DNA of 63,336 nt, counting the filler, from Chiloscyllium plagiosum (taxonomy: Eukaryota): NCBI RefSeq assembly GCF_004010195.1. It is 5 parts of one record of this genome, joined end to end, with 100 filler letters (N's around TTAATTAATTAA, not from the genome) between each part and the next. Parts side by side here need not be neighbours in the genome. Positions count along the whole stretch, not along the records: positions 49,128 to 59,926 come from NC_057714.1; positions 60,027 to 63,336 come from NC_057714.1; 3 more parts are not named here. One strand, given 5' to 3'. Below are positions 50,921 to 63,000 of the stretch, in pieces (the first letter of the stretch is position 1; each line of letters begins with the position of its first letter). The notes below the pieces were generated by a model. It had not been told where the DNA came from, did no database searches, and saw only the letters and a list, made by a program, of their open reading frames with translations. A program made the position numbers and the translations under genes.

Positions 50921-52249
50921 CTGCATCATTTATCAAGTGATGCTGTCACATGGTAATACATTTTGCAATTGTGTTTATATATGGGGTACAATTAGAATAA
51001 TTCATCAATATCCCCGATAATTACCAACTCTTGTATTAAACTTAAAGCTACAATATGTAATGAAAGAATTGATTTTTAGACACCAAGCGTTTAAATTAGC
51101 ACAAGATAACAGGAATAAGTTAACTAATGTTTTTATTAAAATAATTGACGCACACTTCCACATTTGAAAAGAAATCGTCCCAAACATATCTTCCACAGAC
51201 TGATGAAGTTACAGCTAATGCATTTTCATCACATACACACAACGCTGGAGTTTCTTAATGAGGCAGTTACAATCTTGGATCTCAATCTCAGATTTAAATG
51301 TAATGACGGGCAGAGTTTGTTATAGTAGGGTTCACTACAGTTTTAGCAGGTGTAGTAACGCTTCAATATACACAGCTCTAAACTGTACATTCCACAGGCA
51401 TTTGTGACAAATTCATTACCTCATTAATTTGAACCTTGCTGGATCCAAGTTAACTGTGCATTTTTTTTTCAAAGGTTTAAAACTGTACTCTCTCCTTAGC
51501 AGCCTCCATCTCCCACCCTTCCTGCAAACTTCTTCTCATCCCCACGTTCCTCTTCCAGTCTCCTTCTTGCTGCTCCCCCCAAATCCTCATGCTGACTCTA
51601 CCCCACAGAAGCCTCTTAATCCCTCCCCAAGCCATCCTGTGACTGCCTCCTCCTCCCTCCTCCGGCTGATATCCCCATCTGGGAACCAAGTGAAAGAATA
51701 CCCGGATCTATTAAAATTCCCTTCTGGACTAGATGGAAGGGCAACGCCAGCAAAACTGCCTACACCCTGTCCTTTTATGGTGACTTTTGATGGTCTATTC
51801 CTGTGCCACGCCCAACTCTCATTTCATCCCAACTCTGGTGTTAGCTTTTCCACCCTTTCCTTTAAACCCAGCTACCCCACACCCGCGGCCCCATTACCTG
51901 CCCCACCCCTGGCCCTAATTCATGCACTGTCCCCATCACCCTCCCGAGGACTCACTCTCATCCACCCCCTCCACACCCACACCTAGCTCTCAGCACACAG
52001 CCCTAACTCCTAATTCTGAGTAACAGCTGCTCCACCCCGGCAATGCTTTCAACACCAGCGCTGACTTCCCTAACTGCTCACTACTCCTTGGATCATGAGA
52101 TATACACCTCTCCATGGATTATAGTGGTCCTGGTAAGGATCTCACCACTACTTTCTCAAGGGCAATTGGAGATAGGCAATATATGCTGGCTGGGCCATCG
52201 ATCCTCACGTCCCAGGAATGAATATAGACAATTAAATACTTTAATAGTG

Positions 52250-52525
52250 TAATCTGGACATATTTTTATGATGAGAGGAGACAGATATAAAAGGGATCTG
52301 GGTGGCAACCTTTTCACACAGAAGGTGGTTCATATGTGGAATGAACTGTTTGAGGGAGTGGTAGAAGCAGGTATAGTTATAACATTTAAAAGATATTTGA
52401 ACAGAACAGATATATAGAGGGATATGGGCCAAATGCAGGCAAATGGGACTAGTTTAGTTTGAGAAACTTGGTTGGCATGGACGAGTTGGACTTAAGGGTC
52501 TGCTTCCGTGATGTAATACTCTATT
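52250..52525 (+). mobile_element. CR1-type LINE 3' end
   Basis: Matches the family at 1-337. Confidence 0.75.
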
Positions 52526-54740
52526 AGTATAGTGCATGAACTGGGCAGCCAAGTTGCACAAATATGAGATAATCTGTATCAATGAGAGAGAAAGAATAAC
52601 ATTCAAAAGAAGGCCAGCCCCTGAAAATGCAGCACCTCCTCAGTATTGCACCGAGGTAACGCTGAATTTTTAATCTGATATACGCTAACAAGTTTAGTTT
52701 ATACACACACTGACAACATAAATTCACTCTGAATGCCTCTTACTGTAAATTGAAAATCCATACATTTTTTAAACATTTTGAAAATGTTGATTAAATTTAA
52801 ATTGAGGATTAAAGGAAATTTAGGTAAGCAATTGTTGGCTGACAAAAGAACACAAATTTCTATGTTGCTGAGTGGAATTTTTCCAGACTTAGATAAGTGA
52901 GTTTGTCAACATGGAGAGAGTTAAATCCCATAAGTCTACTAAAGGTATGAAGTAATGGCATCATCCGCTCCTTCGATGTTTCAGGGTGGGGTTGAAGACA
53001 AACAGGACATATCCTGCAGGTTCCAGGTAAACAATTAAAATAATCAAATAGCTCATTGAGTGATGTTTATGAATTTCATAACAAGGGTATCTGCCAGGGT
53101 CACTGAAGTGAAGGAGAAGCTGGAAAAGATGCTTCAGTGAAATTAACAATCTAGAAATGCTTTGATCAGTGAAACTGAAAAGCTCTAAGTATGGCCAGGT
53201 TAAGAAGCTGCTGTTCGAAGCACTTGCTTCAGAATGCTATCATTGCTTGACAGCTGACTTCCAACCGCCTGGGAATCAGTTCAGTTGCTGAGCACTTCAC
53301 TCACTTTCAGCTGCATTTCCCACCTGCCAGCTTTCACAATGGCATGGCAGCAGCTTCGGTAGCTCTACCACAGACCTCTGACGATAAAGCAGAGGATAAG
53401 TCACACAATCCCCACTAGCAGCAGCAGCAGGAGCAGGAGCTGCCCTATCATCAGCCACATGGCCCTCCACAGGACAGATTTGATGGCCACCAAGATACAG
53501 CTGGAAAGAGGAAATACTCCCAAACCCTGGGTCTACAGGCAAAGGATCAAATCTCTCATCTTGCATGAGCATCAGTTTCACGAAAAGCTCAGGCTCTCAA
53601 GGCAGGTCACTGCTGAGATCTAGATCCTCCTGGAACAAGACCTTCTTCCCAATGAAGAAAGTTAGCACAGATTACCAGCGGCTAAAAAAGCATAGGCAGC
53701 CAATGTCTCCACTGGATCTCTGCCTCTCACCAAGGCTAGCACTTTCTTCTCCCACAAGAAGAAAAAAGAAGAGAGATCCAATGTCTGGAATGTTCTGTGG
53801 AAAGGAGGAAAGATGCTTGTGGCAGGTAACAGGGGAAGCCTGGGTGTCAGGAATACAATAAGGTGAGCGTGAGTGAGTGTTTGTTACTCAGATGAGCAAT
53901 GAAGAGGAGCTTGGAAAGACAGGAATGGGTGGAGCTGCAGGATGTGTCGACAGATTCCTGAGGAATACCGTGTAGGCAAATGCAGTAAAAGACAGAATGT
54001 CGTGTTTGGCAATGACAGTATTCCAGCACTGTTTCTTAGTTAGATGGACCAGACACCTGCTGCTGCCTACTTAGCCAATTCCATACATGTCTGTTTGATT
54101 AAGAGGCTGACCCTCCCATCAATGGGAGAGCTCACCTCACTGAAACACCTTAATACTACCTCTAGGTAACAATGAGAGACCTGGACCCCAGCCTTCTCAG
54201 CTCACCTCATCATTCCTATGGTTGCTGCCATTCCCAAAGTACAAGTATTCCCTTCGAGCTCATGCTGCGGTTCCACTCATTGCAAAACCTTCTTCAGACA
54301 GATCTGGCCACTCACCCTGACTGACTGAGGAACCTATGGGCTGGATGTTCATGCTGAGGCTCAGCTGAAGAGCTTCGGCAAAGCCTGATAAATGTTCCTG
54401 CCACTTGGCCAGGAACTAAATTGGCAAAATCTGACTCACTGTGTCAAATTATCCACTGTGAAATGAAGTGCTCATCTGAAAACAAAAAAATCTCAGGAGT
54501 TCTTCCACTTGCAAACTCTGGAATACAAATTTCTCAGACCTTAGTCTCTCTGAAGTTAATTATTGGAAACCAGAAAGTTAACTCATTATACTTCCTTTGA
54601 CAAAGGTTACAAATAACATTGAATATAAGGGTTAATAATTTTTGCTGATGTACTTTCACTTTAGTGTCAATTTGTTTCAAATGGTTTGATAGATTCTGTT
54701 TATAGTCACAAAAGAAATTAAGTTGTAACTATTATATAAC

Positions 54741-54869
54741 TGATGAAGGGTTTTTGCCCAAAACGTCGATTTCGCTGCTCCTTTAGATGCTGCCTGAACT
54801 GCTGTGTTCTTCCAGCACAACTAATCCAGAATCTGGTTTCCAGCATCTGCAATCATTGTTTTTACTCTG
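54741..54869 (+). mobile_element. Solo Penelope terminal-repeat derivative (family B), 11-bp TSD, in HACL1 intron
   Basis: TATTATATAAC at 54730-54740 and 54870-54880; the element begins at (C)TGATGAAGGG; GAAA is mutated to AAAA. Confidence 0.82.
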
Positions 54870-55002
54870 TATTATATAACAATGAGCTATTGCCAACTTT
54901 CTATGGAACAGCACTCACTGTATATTTTAAAACTATTTTTTGAGATAAACTCAATGATACAGGATATCTTACTTACTATCTCTACTATGTATTCCAAATT
55001 AC

Positions 55003-55080
55003 CTTTTCTATAATGGCAGGTATAGCTTCCAAACTGTTTGGTCTAGATGAAAATTTGCTGTAAAGCCGACACGCCTCAAC
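55003..55080 (-). CDS. HACL1: Internal coding exon of 2-hydroxyacyl-CoA lyase 1 (thiamine-diphosphate enzyme)
   Basis: Acceptor ttcattatttctttttgacag|GTT and donor AAG|gtaatt; 78 bp, phase 0-0, open frame [26 protein letters not shown]. This matches 20/26 positions of the human HACL1 segment as I recall it (VEACRLYTKFSARPSSIEAIPFVIEK). Too short for the ORF track. Confidence 0.9.
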
Positions 55081-55478
55081 CTGTCAAAAAGAAATAATGA
55101 AACCTGTTAAATAGATTTAACAGAAAGACAGAGAACATCTACAAACAGAACATCTACAATGTTAATAAACAATGTAATGGTGTGGAATTTGCCACATGGG
55201 AAGGTGGTCACCACTGACGTCAAAGACAGTCTCTCTGATAGCACCAGCAATCTATGGAGAAAATGTAACTTCCTCTGGCCATATCTGGAGCTATACAATA
55301 GATACTAATGTCTTTCATGTGAACGCCTGTTGTAGAACTGCTGAAATGTTTTCAAACTGTCCAAGTAACCAACTGCATTAAAGAAGTTTCACAGATAGCC
55401 AACCAGGAAATTCTAAGTGCTATAATCAAATTTTGAAAAATTTTGCTAAATGAAGGTGGGAACATGTACTTAGGGTGT

Positions 55479-55543
55479 GAAGATGGCAGTTGAAATATCA
55501 TGAAGGCATAAGAAGATGGCAGTTGAAACATCATGAAGGCATA
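55479..55543 (+). repeat. 33-bp tandem duplication
   Basis: gaagatggcagttgaaa(t/c)atcatgaaggcata occurs twice. Confidence 0.85.
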
Positions 55544-56372
55544 TTTTTCATTATCTTTGAAGATCCAGTTTTTAAAAAAAAACTAATAATGAATAAAATA
55601 AGACATTTTCTGGGCCAGATTTGTTGTTCAGCAGTAGGTCATAAACAGATTTCATTTTCAATGGGGTTTGCAACAGTGAAATGAGAGAGGGCAAAAGGGG
55701 GACATTCTCATTACATTGCTATGCTACACACAGAGGCCAATAAATTCAAACAAGAGATTTGAATTCCCAGTGACCAACTTAAGAAATTGCAATATAAGAT
55801 TTTACGTTTTAATATTTTTACTGTAACAACCAACTTAACCTTGTAAATAATCATTAGTCTGAACTGCAGAAAGGACATTGGTTTATTACTTTTTGAACAT
55901 GAGCAAACCCCCAAGCCACAGCAATGTTAATGTCCCACTCTCTGCATGGCAACAGTTTTCACAAGTTCATTCCATCAAGTGTCATGGGTTCTAAGGTCAA
56001 GTGGCCAACAAAAAGTGCTATTTCAGTTTTATGGAAAATTCTGAGCTAAGATTTATCAGAAAACCCATTTTCAGCTTCACCACCATCACCCCAACACTGC
56101 CATTTCAGGATGAATCTTCCAGGATCTACTGATTGCCTTGGGATGCCCAGGTACAGAGCTGAATTTTATCAAAAAATGGCTAAGTGTCAACTTCAGGCAG
56201 ATTAATAAAGGATTCTTTCCATAAGCTCCATCATGTTATCTCTCACCATTCTCTCCTGTTCTCCTTGTCATCGAAGCACCGTGCTCTTATAGTGCCACTC
56301 TCGCAGTATGGTGAGATCACCAGTTTCAGAAGTGCTAACCACTGCCATGATGTTCTGGGATTTCTGCCATCA

Positions 56373-57435
56373 AGTCATAGAGATGTACAGCATGGAAACA
56401 GACCCTTCAGTCCAACTCATCCATGCCAACCAGATATCCTGAATTAATCTAATCCCATTTGCTAAAATTTGGCCCATATCCCTCTAAGCCCTTTCTATTC
56501 ATAGACCCATTCAGATGCCTTTGAAATGTGATAATTGTACCAGCCTCCACCACTTCCTCTGGCAGCTCATTCCATTCATGCACCACCCTCTGCATGAAAA
56601 CGATGCCCCTTAGGTTCCTTTTAAAATCCCCCCCCCCCTCACCCTAAACCTATACCCTCTAGTTCTGGAGGCCCCCACCCAGGGAAAAGACTTTGTCTAT
56701 TTATCCTATCCATATCCCTCATGATTTCATAAACCTCTATAAAGTCACCCCTCAGCCTCCAACGCTCCAGGGAAAACAGCCCCAGCCTATTAAGCCTCTC
56801 CATATAGCTCAAATCCTCCAACCCTGGAAACATCCTTGTAAATCTTTTCTGAACCCTTTCAAGTTTCACAACATCTTTCCAATAAGAAGGAGACCAGAAT
56901 TTCACACAATATTCCATAAGTGGTCTAACCAATGTCCTGTACACCTGCAACATGACCTCCCAACTCCTAGACTCAATCCTCTGACCAATAAAGGAAAGCA
57001 TACCAAACACCTTCTTCACTATCCTATCTATCTGAGACTCCACTTTCAAGGAGCTGTAAACCTGCACTCTAAGGTCTCTTTGTTCAGCAACACTCCCCAG
57101 GACTTTACCATCAAATGTATAAATCCTGCCCTGATTTGTCTTTCCAAAATGCAACACCTCACATTTATCTAAATTAAACTATGTCTGCCACTCCTCGGCC
57201 CATTGACCCATCTGATCAAGATCCCATTGTAATCTGAGATAACCTTCTTCGGTGGCTACTACGATTTTGGTGTCATCCGCAAACTTACTAACTATAGAAC
57301 ATCACAGCGCAGTACAGGCCCTTCGGCCCTCGAACTATACCTCTTATGCTCCCATTTAAATCACTTATATAAATGATGAAAACCAGTGGACCCAGCACCA
57401 ATTTTTGTGGCACACCACTGGTCACAGGCCTCCAC
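56373..57435 (-). mobile_element. CR1-type LINE, 5'-truncated, with a 36-bp LINE-tail insertion at 57297-57332
   Basis: ORF 56639-57157 (RPLMEYCVKFWSP..LERVQKRFTRMFPGL); the small insert is flanked by AACTATA at 57290-57296 and 57333-57339. Confidence 0.9.
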
Positions 57436-58317
57436 CACAAAGGATCCTTGCCTTAGCAGGGAGGACTGTGACTGCTCACATGATGATGCCAAGACCTCCA
57501 AGTGATGGCAAACAATTAAGATTAATTACCATGTGCTGTGTTGCTCCCCCATTACCAACACTGTAAATGTATTCTTAACCATCCAAAACCTCTACCCACT
57601 TTTCTCCAAAACCTCCTTTCTGTTAACTGCAGGCACCAGCAGCAAACACACTGGTGACATTGTCAAGAATGGACCCTGCCCGAATATCTTCCAGGAACCG
57701 GCCACAGCTCCTCCTCTTGACTGGAGGGTGCAGCAGCAGGAGGAAGGGAGCAGAAATAGTAGTACTAGCAACAGCAAGAACATGACCCCTCCCAACCCCT
57801 CGCAGGTTGACCAAGACTCCAGTTCGTGGCGCCAGCATCGGTGACTGAGCATTCCAAATACTTTCATGGAAATAGGACTTTCAAATCTGGTCATTTCTCT
57901 TCCCTTGTGGCTCTGGTTCTTTTATTTCTCCTGCTTTTTGGAAATTCTGATTTGTATCCAAGATGGCACTGGAGAATCATGACTTTGTATACTTTTCGCT
58001 GTACTGCTGCATTCCTATACTTTTGAGTACACGTGACAATAAAATCTAATTCTAATTCTAATTCCACCTTGAAGAGAGAAGGCATTCTGGACATCGGCTT
58101 AAAAAATCGGTTGGAAAATTGGACTTTTCTCCCTGACATCGAAAACCTAAATTTTCTGATCTCACCAGATTTTATCAATTGAATCACCATCACCCATATC
58201 ATTCAGGGACTTGGAAGATTCTACCTTCTGTTTGATTTTCCACATCCTGCAAGGTAGTTTGCAGAGGATTGGCAGTCTTATCCTCCACCACTAGGTGCAG
58301 TCTTTGCCACCCTCTTC

Positions 58318-58415
58318 CTAATGAAGGGCTTATGCCTGAAACATTGATTCTCCTGCTCCTCGGATGCTGCCTGACTTGCTGTGCTTTTCCAGCACTACAC
58401 TTTCAACCCTGACTT
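58318..58415 (+). mobile_element. Solo Penelope terminal-repeat fragment (family B)
   Basis: Begins ctaatgaagggcttatgcctgaaacattgattctcctgctcc. Confidence 0.7.
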
Positions 58416-58513
58416 CTCCCTCACTTTCCTTTTGTTGATGGCCTGGAGACTGAAAGTCTATCCATAGTCAGCACAGCTGCCCTTGCCTTTGGTTCCTGGT
58501 GAAATATTTGACA

Positions 58514-58636
58514 AGAAGGGCTTATGCCCGAAACATCGATTCTCCTGTTCCTTGGATGCTGCCGGACCTGCTGCACTTTTCCAGCAACACATTTTCAGCT
58601 CTGATCTCCAGCATCTGCAGCCCTCACTTTCTCCTC
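58514..58636 (+). mobile_element. Solo Penelope terminal-repeat derivative (family B), 13-bp TSD
   Basis: GAAATATTTGACA at 58501-58513 and 58637-58649; begins inside the hammerhead core (agaagggcttatgcccgaaac). Confidence 0.85.
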
Positions 58637-59456
58637 GAAATATTTGACAGTGCATGTTTCAACCTGAACCTCCCTGTTCCCATAGTAACCAAACCACCCA
58701 GGAACAGATCACATGATTTCCTTCGCTGTTCCACTTTACCTGCTATTAAAGAGACAGTTCAAAACACAACCATCTTATGAGACATGGTATTCACAAAAAA
58801 AAGTCAATTGATTTCAATGACTGAATGCTTTGGAAAAGGTGTCCACAGCGTGGCCGATACCAAAACAACCAGTGCACAGCTCTACTTCAGGGCCTTCATG
58901 TTAATCTGCACTCTTACTAAATTCTGAAGTTGCAGTCAGTATCAGAGGGGTAATGATAGTGAACACTGACTGCTCAACTTTCCTTCCACGTTAGGTATAC
59001 CAACCATACAGAAGCTTTGACCATCAAAACTTGAACATCTACCTCACTGCCTTCTAAGGAGTATGGATTTTGTAAAGAAAATTGCAGAGTCCCAACCATT
59101 TAGTAATTAATAGGGAAGAAAATCCTAAGAGCCATAGTACTTGAACAGTATCAAAAGCACATGTTTTTGCTCCAGCGCAGCAGGCTTTATTAGCAGACAG
59201 TATATAATATACAAGCAAACTCACTGAGATAAACACAGGAGGAGAGGAAAGGTAAACATTTGCAGAAGTATGTGGAATTTTTAAATGGATTAATCTGCAG
59301 GATTATTTTAGGGAAGATATAGTTACTGCCCAGAGAAATAAAGAGAGTTAATATCAACAGGCTGCTCTTTTTTCTCAAAAGCAATACCATTTACATGTCT
59401 TAATTGTCTCGAATGCCAACCATATCCAATGCTGCTTGAACCTGTTTTAATGTGTT

Positions 59457-59926
59457 TAAGACCATAAGACCATAAAACATAGGAGCGGAAGTAAGGCCAT
59501 TCGGCCCATCGGGTCCACTCCACCATTCAATCTTGGCTGATGGGCATTTCAGCTCCACTTACCCGCATTCTCCCCGTAGTCCTTAATTCCTTGTGACATC
59601 AAGAATTTATCAATTTCTGCCTTGAAGACATTTAGCGTCCCAGCCTCCACTGCACTCTGTGGCAATGAATTCCACAGGCCCACCACTCTCTGGCTGAAGA
59701 AATGTCTCCGCATTTCTGTTCTGAATTTACCCCCTCTAATTCTAAGGCTGTGTCCACGGGTCCTAGTCTCCCTGCCTAACGGAAACAATTTCCTAGCGTC
59801 CACCCTCTCCAAGCCATGTATTATCTTGTAAGTTTCTATTAGATCTCCCCTTAATCTTCTAAACTCCAATGAATACAATCCCAGGATCCTCAATCGTTCC
59901 TCATATGTTAGACCTACCACTCCAGG
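59457..59926 (-). mobile_element. Young CR1-type LINE 3' end
   Basis: Open ORF 59549-59920 (LGLYSLEFRRLRGDLIETYKII..RTRGHSL); same subfamily as 42431-43077. Confidence 0.92.
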
Positions 59927-60026
59927 NNNNNNNNNNNNNNNNNNNNNNNNNNNNNNNNNNNNNNNNNNNNTTAATTAATTAANNNNNNNNNNNNNNNNNN
60001 NNNNNNNNNNNNNNNNNNNNNNNNNN
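59927..60026. other. Artificial contig-join linker
   Basis: 44 N + TTAATTAATTAA (59971-59982) + 44 N; CR1 on the left, satellite on the right. Confidence 0.95.
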
Positions 60027-63000
60027 ACTCTGCTCCTGTGCCCAACCCGAACACTGTGCTCCTTGCCCCAATCTGAACATTGTGCTCCTGTCCCCAACCC
60101 GACAACTGTGCTCCTGTCCCCCAACACGAACACTATACTCCTGTCCCCTGCTCGAACACTGTGCTCCTGTCCCCCAACCCGAACACTGTGCTCCTGTCTC
60201 CCAACCCGAACACTGTACTCCTGTCCCCAGCCCGAACACTGTGCTCCTGTCCCCCAACCCGAACATTCTGCTCCTGTCCCAAACCCGAACACTGTACACC
60301 AGTCCACAACCCGAAAACTGTTCTCCTGTCTCCCAACCCGAACACTGTGCTCCTGTCCTCAAACTGAACACTGCGCTCATGTCCCCCAACCCGAATACTG
60401 TGCTCCTGTCCCCCAAGCTGAACACTGTTCTCCTGTGCCCAACCCGAACACTGTGCTCCTGTTCCCCAACCCGAACACTGTGCTCCTGTACGCAACCAGA
60501 ACACTGTGCCCCTGTCCCCAACCCGAACACTGTGCTCCTGTCCCTCACCACGAACACTATACTCCTGTCCACTGCCCGATCAGTGTGCTCCTGTCCCCCA
60601 AGCCGGACACTATGCTCCTGTCCCCCAACCCGAACACTGTGCTCCTGGCACAAGCCCGAATACTGTGCTCCTGTCCCACAACTCGAACACTCTGCTCTTG
60701 TCCCAAACCCGAAGACTGTAGACCAGTCCACAGCCCGAAAAATGTTCTCCTGTCTCACAACCCGAACACTGTGCTCCTGTCCTCAAACCGAACACTGTGC
60801 TCATGTCCCCCAACCCGAATACTGTGCTCCTGTCCCCCAACCCGAATACTGTGCTTCTATCCTCAAACCGAATACTATGCTCCAGTCCCCCAAACCAAAC
60901 ACAGTCCTACTTTCGCCTACCTGATCAGTGTGCTTCTGTCCCCCAACCCGAACACTGTGCTCCTGTCCCCAACCCGAACACTGTGCTCCTGTCACCAACC
61001 CGAAAACTGTGCACCTGTCCTCCAACCCGAACACAGAGTCCTGCCCCAAACGCGAACACTGTGCCTCTGAACCCTACCAAACACTGTGCTCCTGTCCCCC
61101 AACCCGGACACTGTGCTCCTGGACGCAATCAGAACACTGTGCCCCTGTCCCCAACCCAAACAATTTGCTCCTGTCCCCAACCTGAACACTGTGCCACTTT
61201 CCCCAACTCAAACACTGTGCTCCTCTCCCCCAAGCCGAACACTGTGCTCCTGTCCCTAAACCAAACACTGTGCTCCTGTCCCCAACCTGATCACTGTGCT
61301 CCTGTCCCCAGCCCGACCACTGTACTCCAGTCCACAACTCAAACACTGTGCTCCGGTCCCCATCCCGAACACTATGCTCCTGTCCCACAACTCGAACACT
61401 GTACTCCTGTCCCCAACCCAAACACTGTGCTCCTGTGCCCCAACCCGAACACTGTGCTCCTGTCCCCCAACCCGAACACTGTGCTCCTGTCCCCCAACCC
61501 GAACAATGTGCTCCTGTCCCCCAACCCAAACACTGTGCTCCTGTCTCCCAACCCGAACACTATGCTCCTGTCCCTCAACCGGAACACTGTGCTCCTGTCC
61601 CCCAACCCGAACACTACTCCTGTCCTCAAACCGAACATTATGCCTTTGAAACCTACCCGAACACTGTGCTCCTGTCCCCAACCCGATCACTGTGCTCCTG
61701 TCCCCAACCCAAACACTGTGCTCCTGTCCCCCAACCCGAACACTACTCCTGTCCTCNNNNNNNNNNNNNNNNNNNNNNNNNNNNNNNNNNNNNNNNNNNN
61801 NNNNNNNNNNNNNNNNNNNNNNNNNNNNNNNNNNNNNNNNNNNNNNNNNNNNNNNNNNNNNNNNNNNNNNNNNNNNNNNNNNNNNNNNNNNNNNNNNNNN
61901 NNNNNNNNNNNNNNNNNNNNNNNNNNNNNNNNNNNNNNNNNNNNNNNNNNNNNNNNNNNNNNNNNNNNNNNNNNNNNNNNNNNNNNNNNNNNNNNNNNNN
62001 NNNNNNNNNNNNNNNNNNNNNNNNNNNNNNNNNNNNNNNNNNNNNNNNNNNNNNNNNNNNNNNNNNNNNNNNNNNNNNNNNNNNNNNNNNNNNNNNNNNN
62101 NNNNNNNNNNNNNNNNNNNNNNNNNNNNNACACTGTGCTCCTGTCCCCAACCCGAACACTGTGCCACTTTCCCCAACTCAAACACTGTGCTCCTCTCCCC
62201 CAAGCCGAACACTGTGCTCCTGTCCCTAAACCGAACACTGTGCTCCTGTCCCCAACCTGATCACTGTGCTCCTGTCCCCAGCCCGAACACTGTGCTCCTG
62301 TCCCCAGCCCGACCACTGTACTCCAGTCCACAACTCAAACACTGTGCTCCGGTCCCCATCCCGAACACTATGCTCCTGTCCCACAACTCGAACACTGTAC
62401 TCCTGTCCCTAACCCAAACACTGCGCTTATGTCCCCCAACCAGAACACTGTGCTCCTGTCCCCCAACCCAAACACTGTGCTCCTGTCCCCCAACCCGAAC
62501 ACTGTGCTCCTGTCCCCCAACCCGAACACTGTGCTCCTGTCTCCCAGCCCAAATGCTGTGCTCCTGTCTCCCAACCCGAAGACTATGCTCCTGTCCCCCA
62601 ACCAGAACACTGTGCTCCTGTCCCACAACCCGAACACTACTCCTGTCCTCAAACCGAACATTATGCCTTTGAAACCTACCCGAACACTGTGCTCCTGTCC
62701 CCAACCCGAACACTGTGCTCCTGTCCCCCAACCCGAGTACTGTGCTTCTGTCCTCAAACCGAATACTATGCTCCAGTCCCCCAAACCAAACACTGTCCTA
62801 CTTTCGCCTACCTGAACAGTGTGCTTCTGTCCCCCAACCCGAACACTGTGCTCCTGTCCCCAACCCGAAAACTGTGCGCCTGTCCTCCAACCCGAACACA
62901 GAGCTCCTGCCCCCAACGCGAACACTGTGCCTCTGAACCCTACCGAATACTGTGCTCCTGTCCCCCAACCCGGACACTGTGCTCCTGGACGCAACCAGAA

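Noticed and set aside
51429..51986. 185-aa Pro/Ser/Leu-rich ORF
   Set aside because: Low-complexity C/T-rich sequence with no recognisable domain or splice structure.
53075..53105. Minus-strand PGRYPCYEI, loosely like the next HACL1 exon (GRPGACYVDIP)
   Set aside because: Similarity is too weak and there is no AVR.S.YG start or matching splice sites.
53280..54420. GC-richer stretch with short ORFs, possibly a decayed DNA-transposon accessory gene
   Set aside because: I could identify no diagnostic motif or terminal repeats, so it is not supportable without a search.
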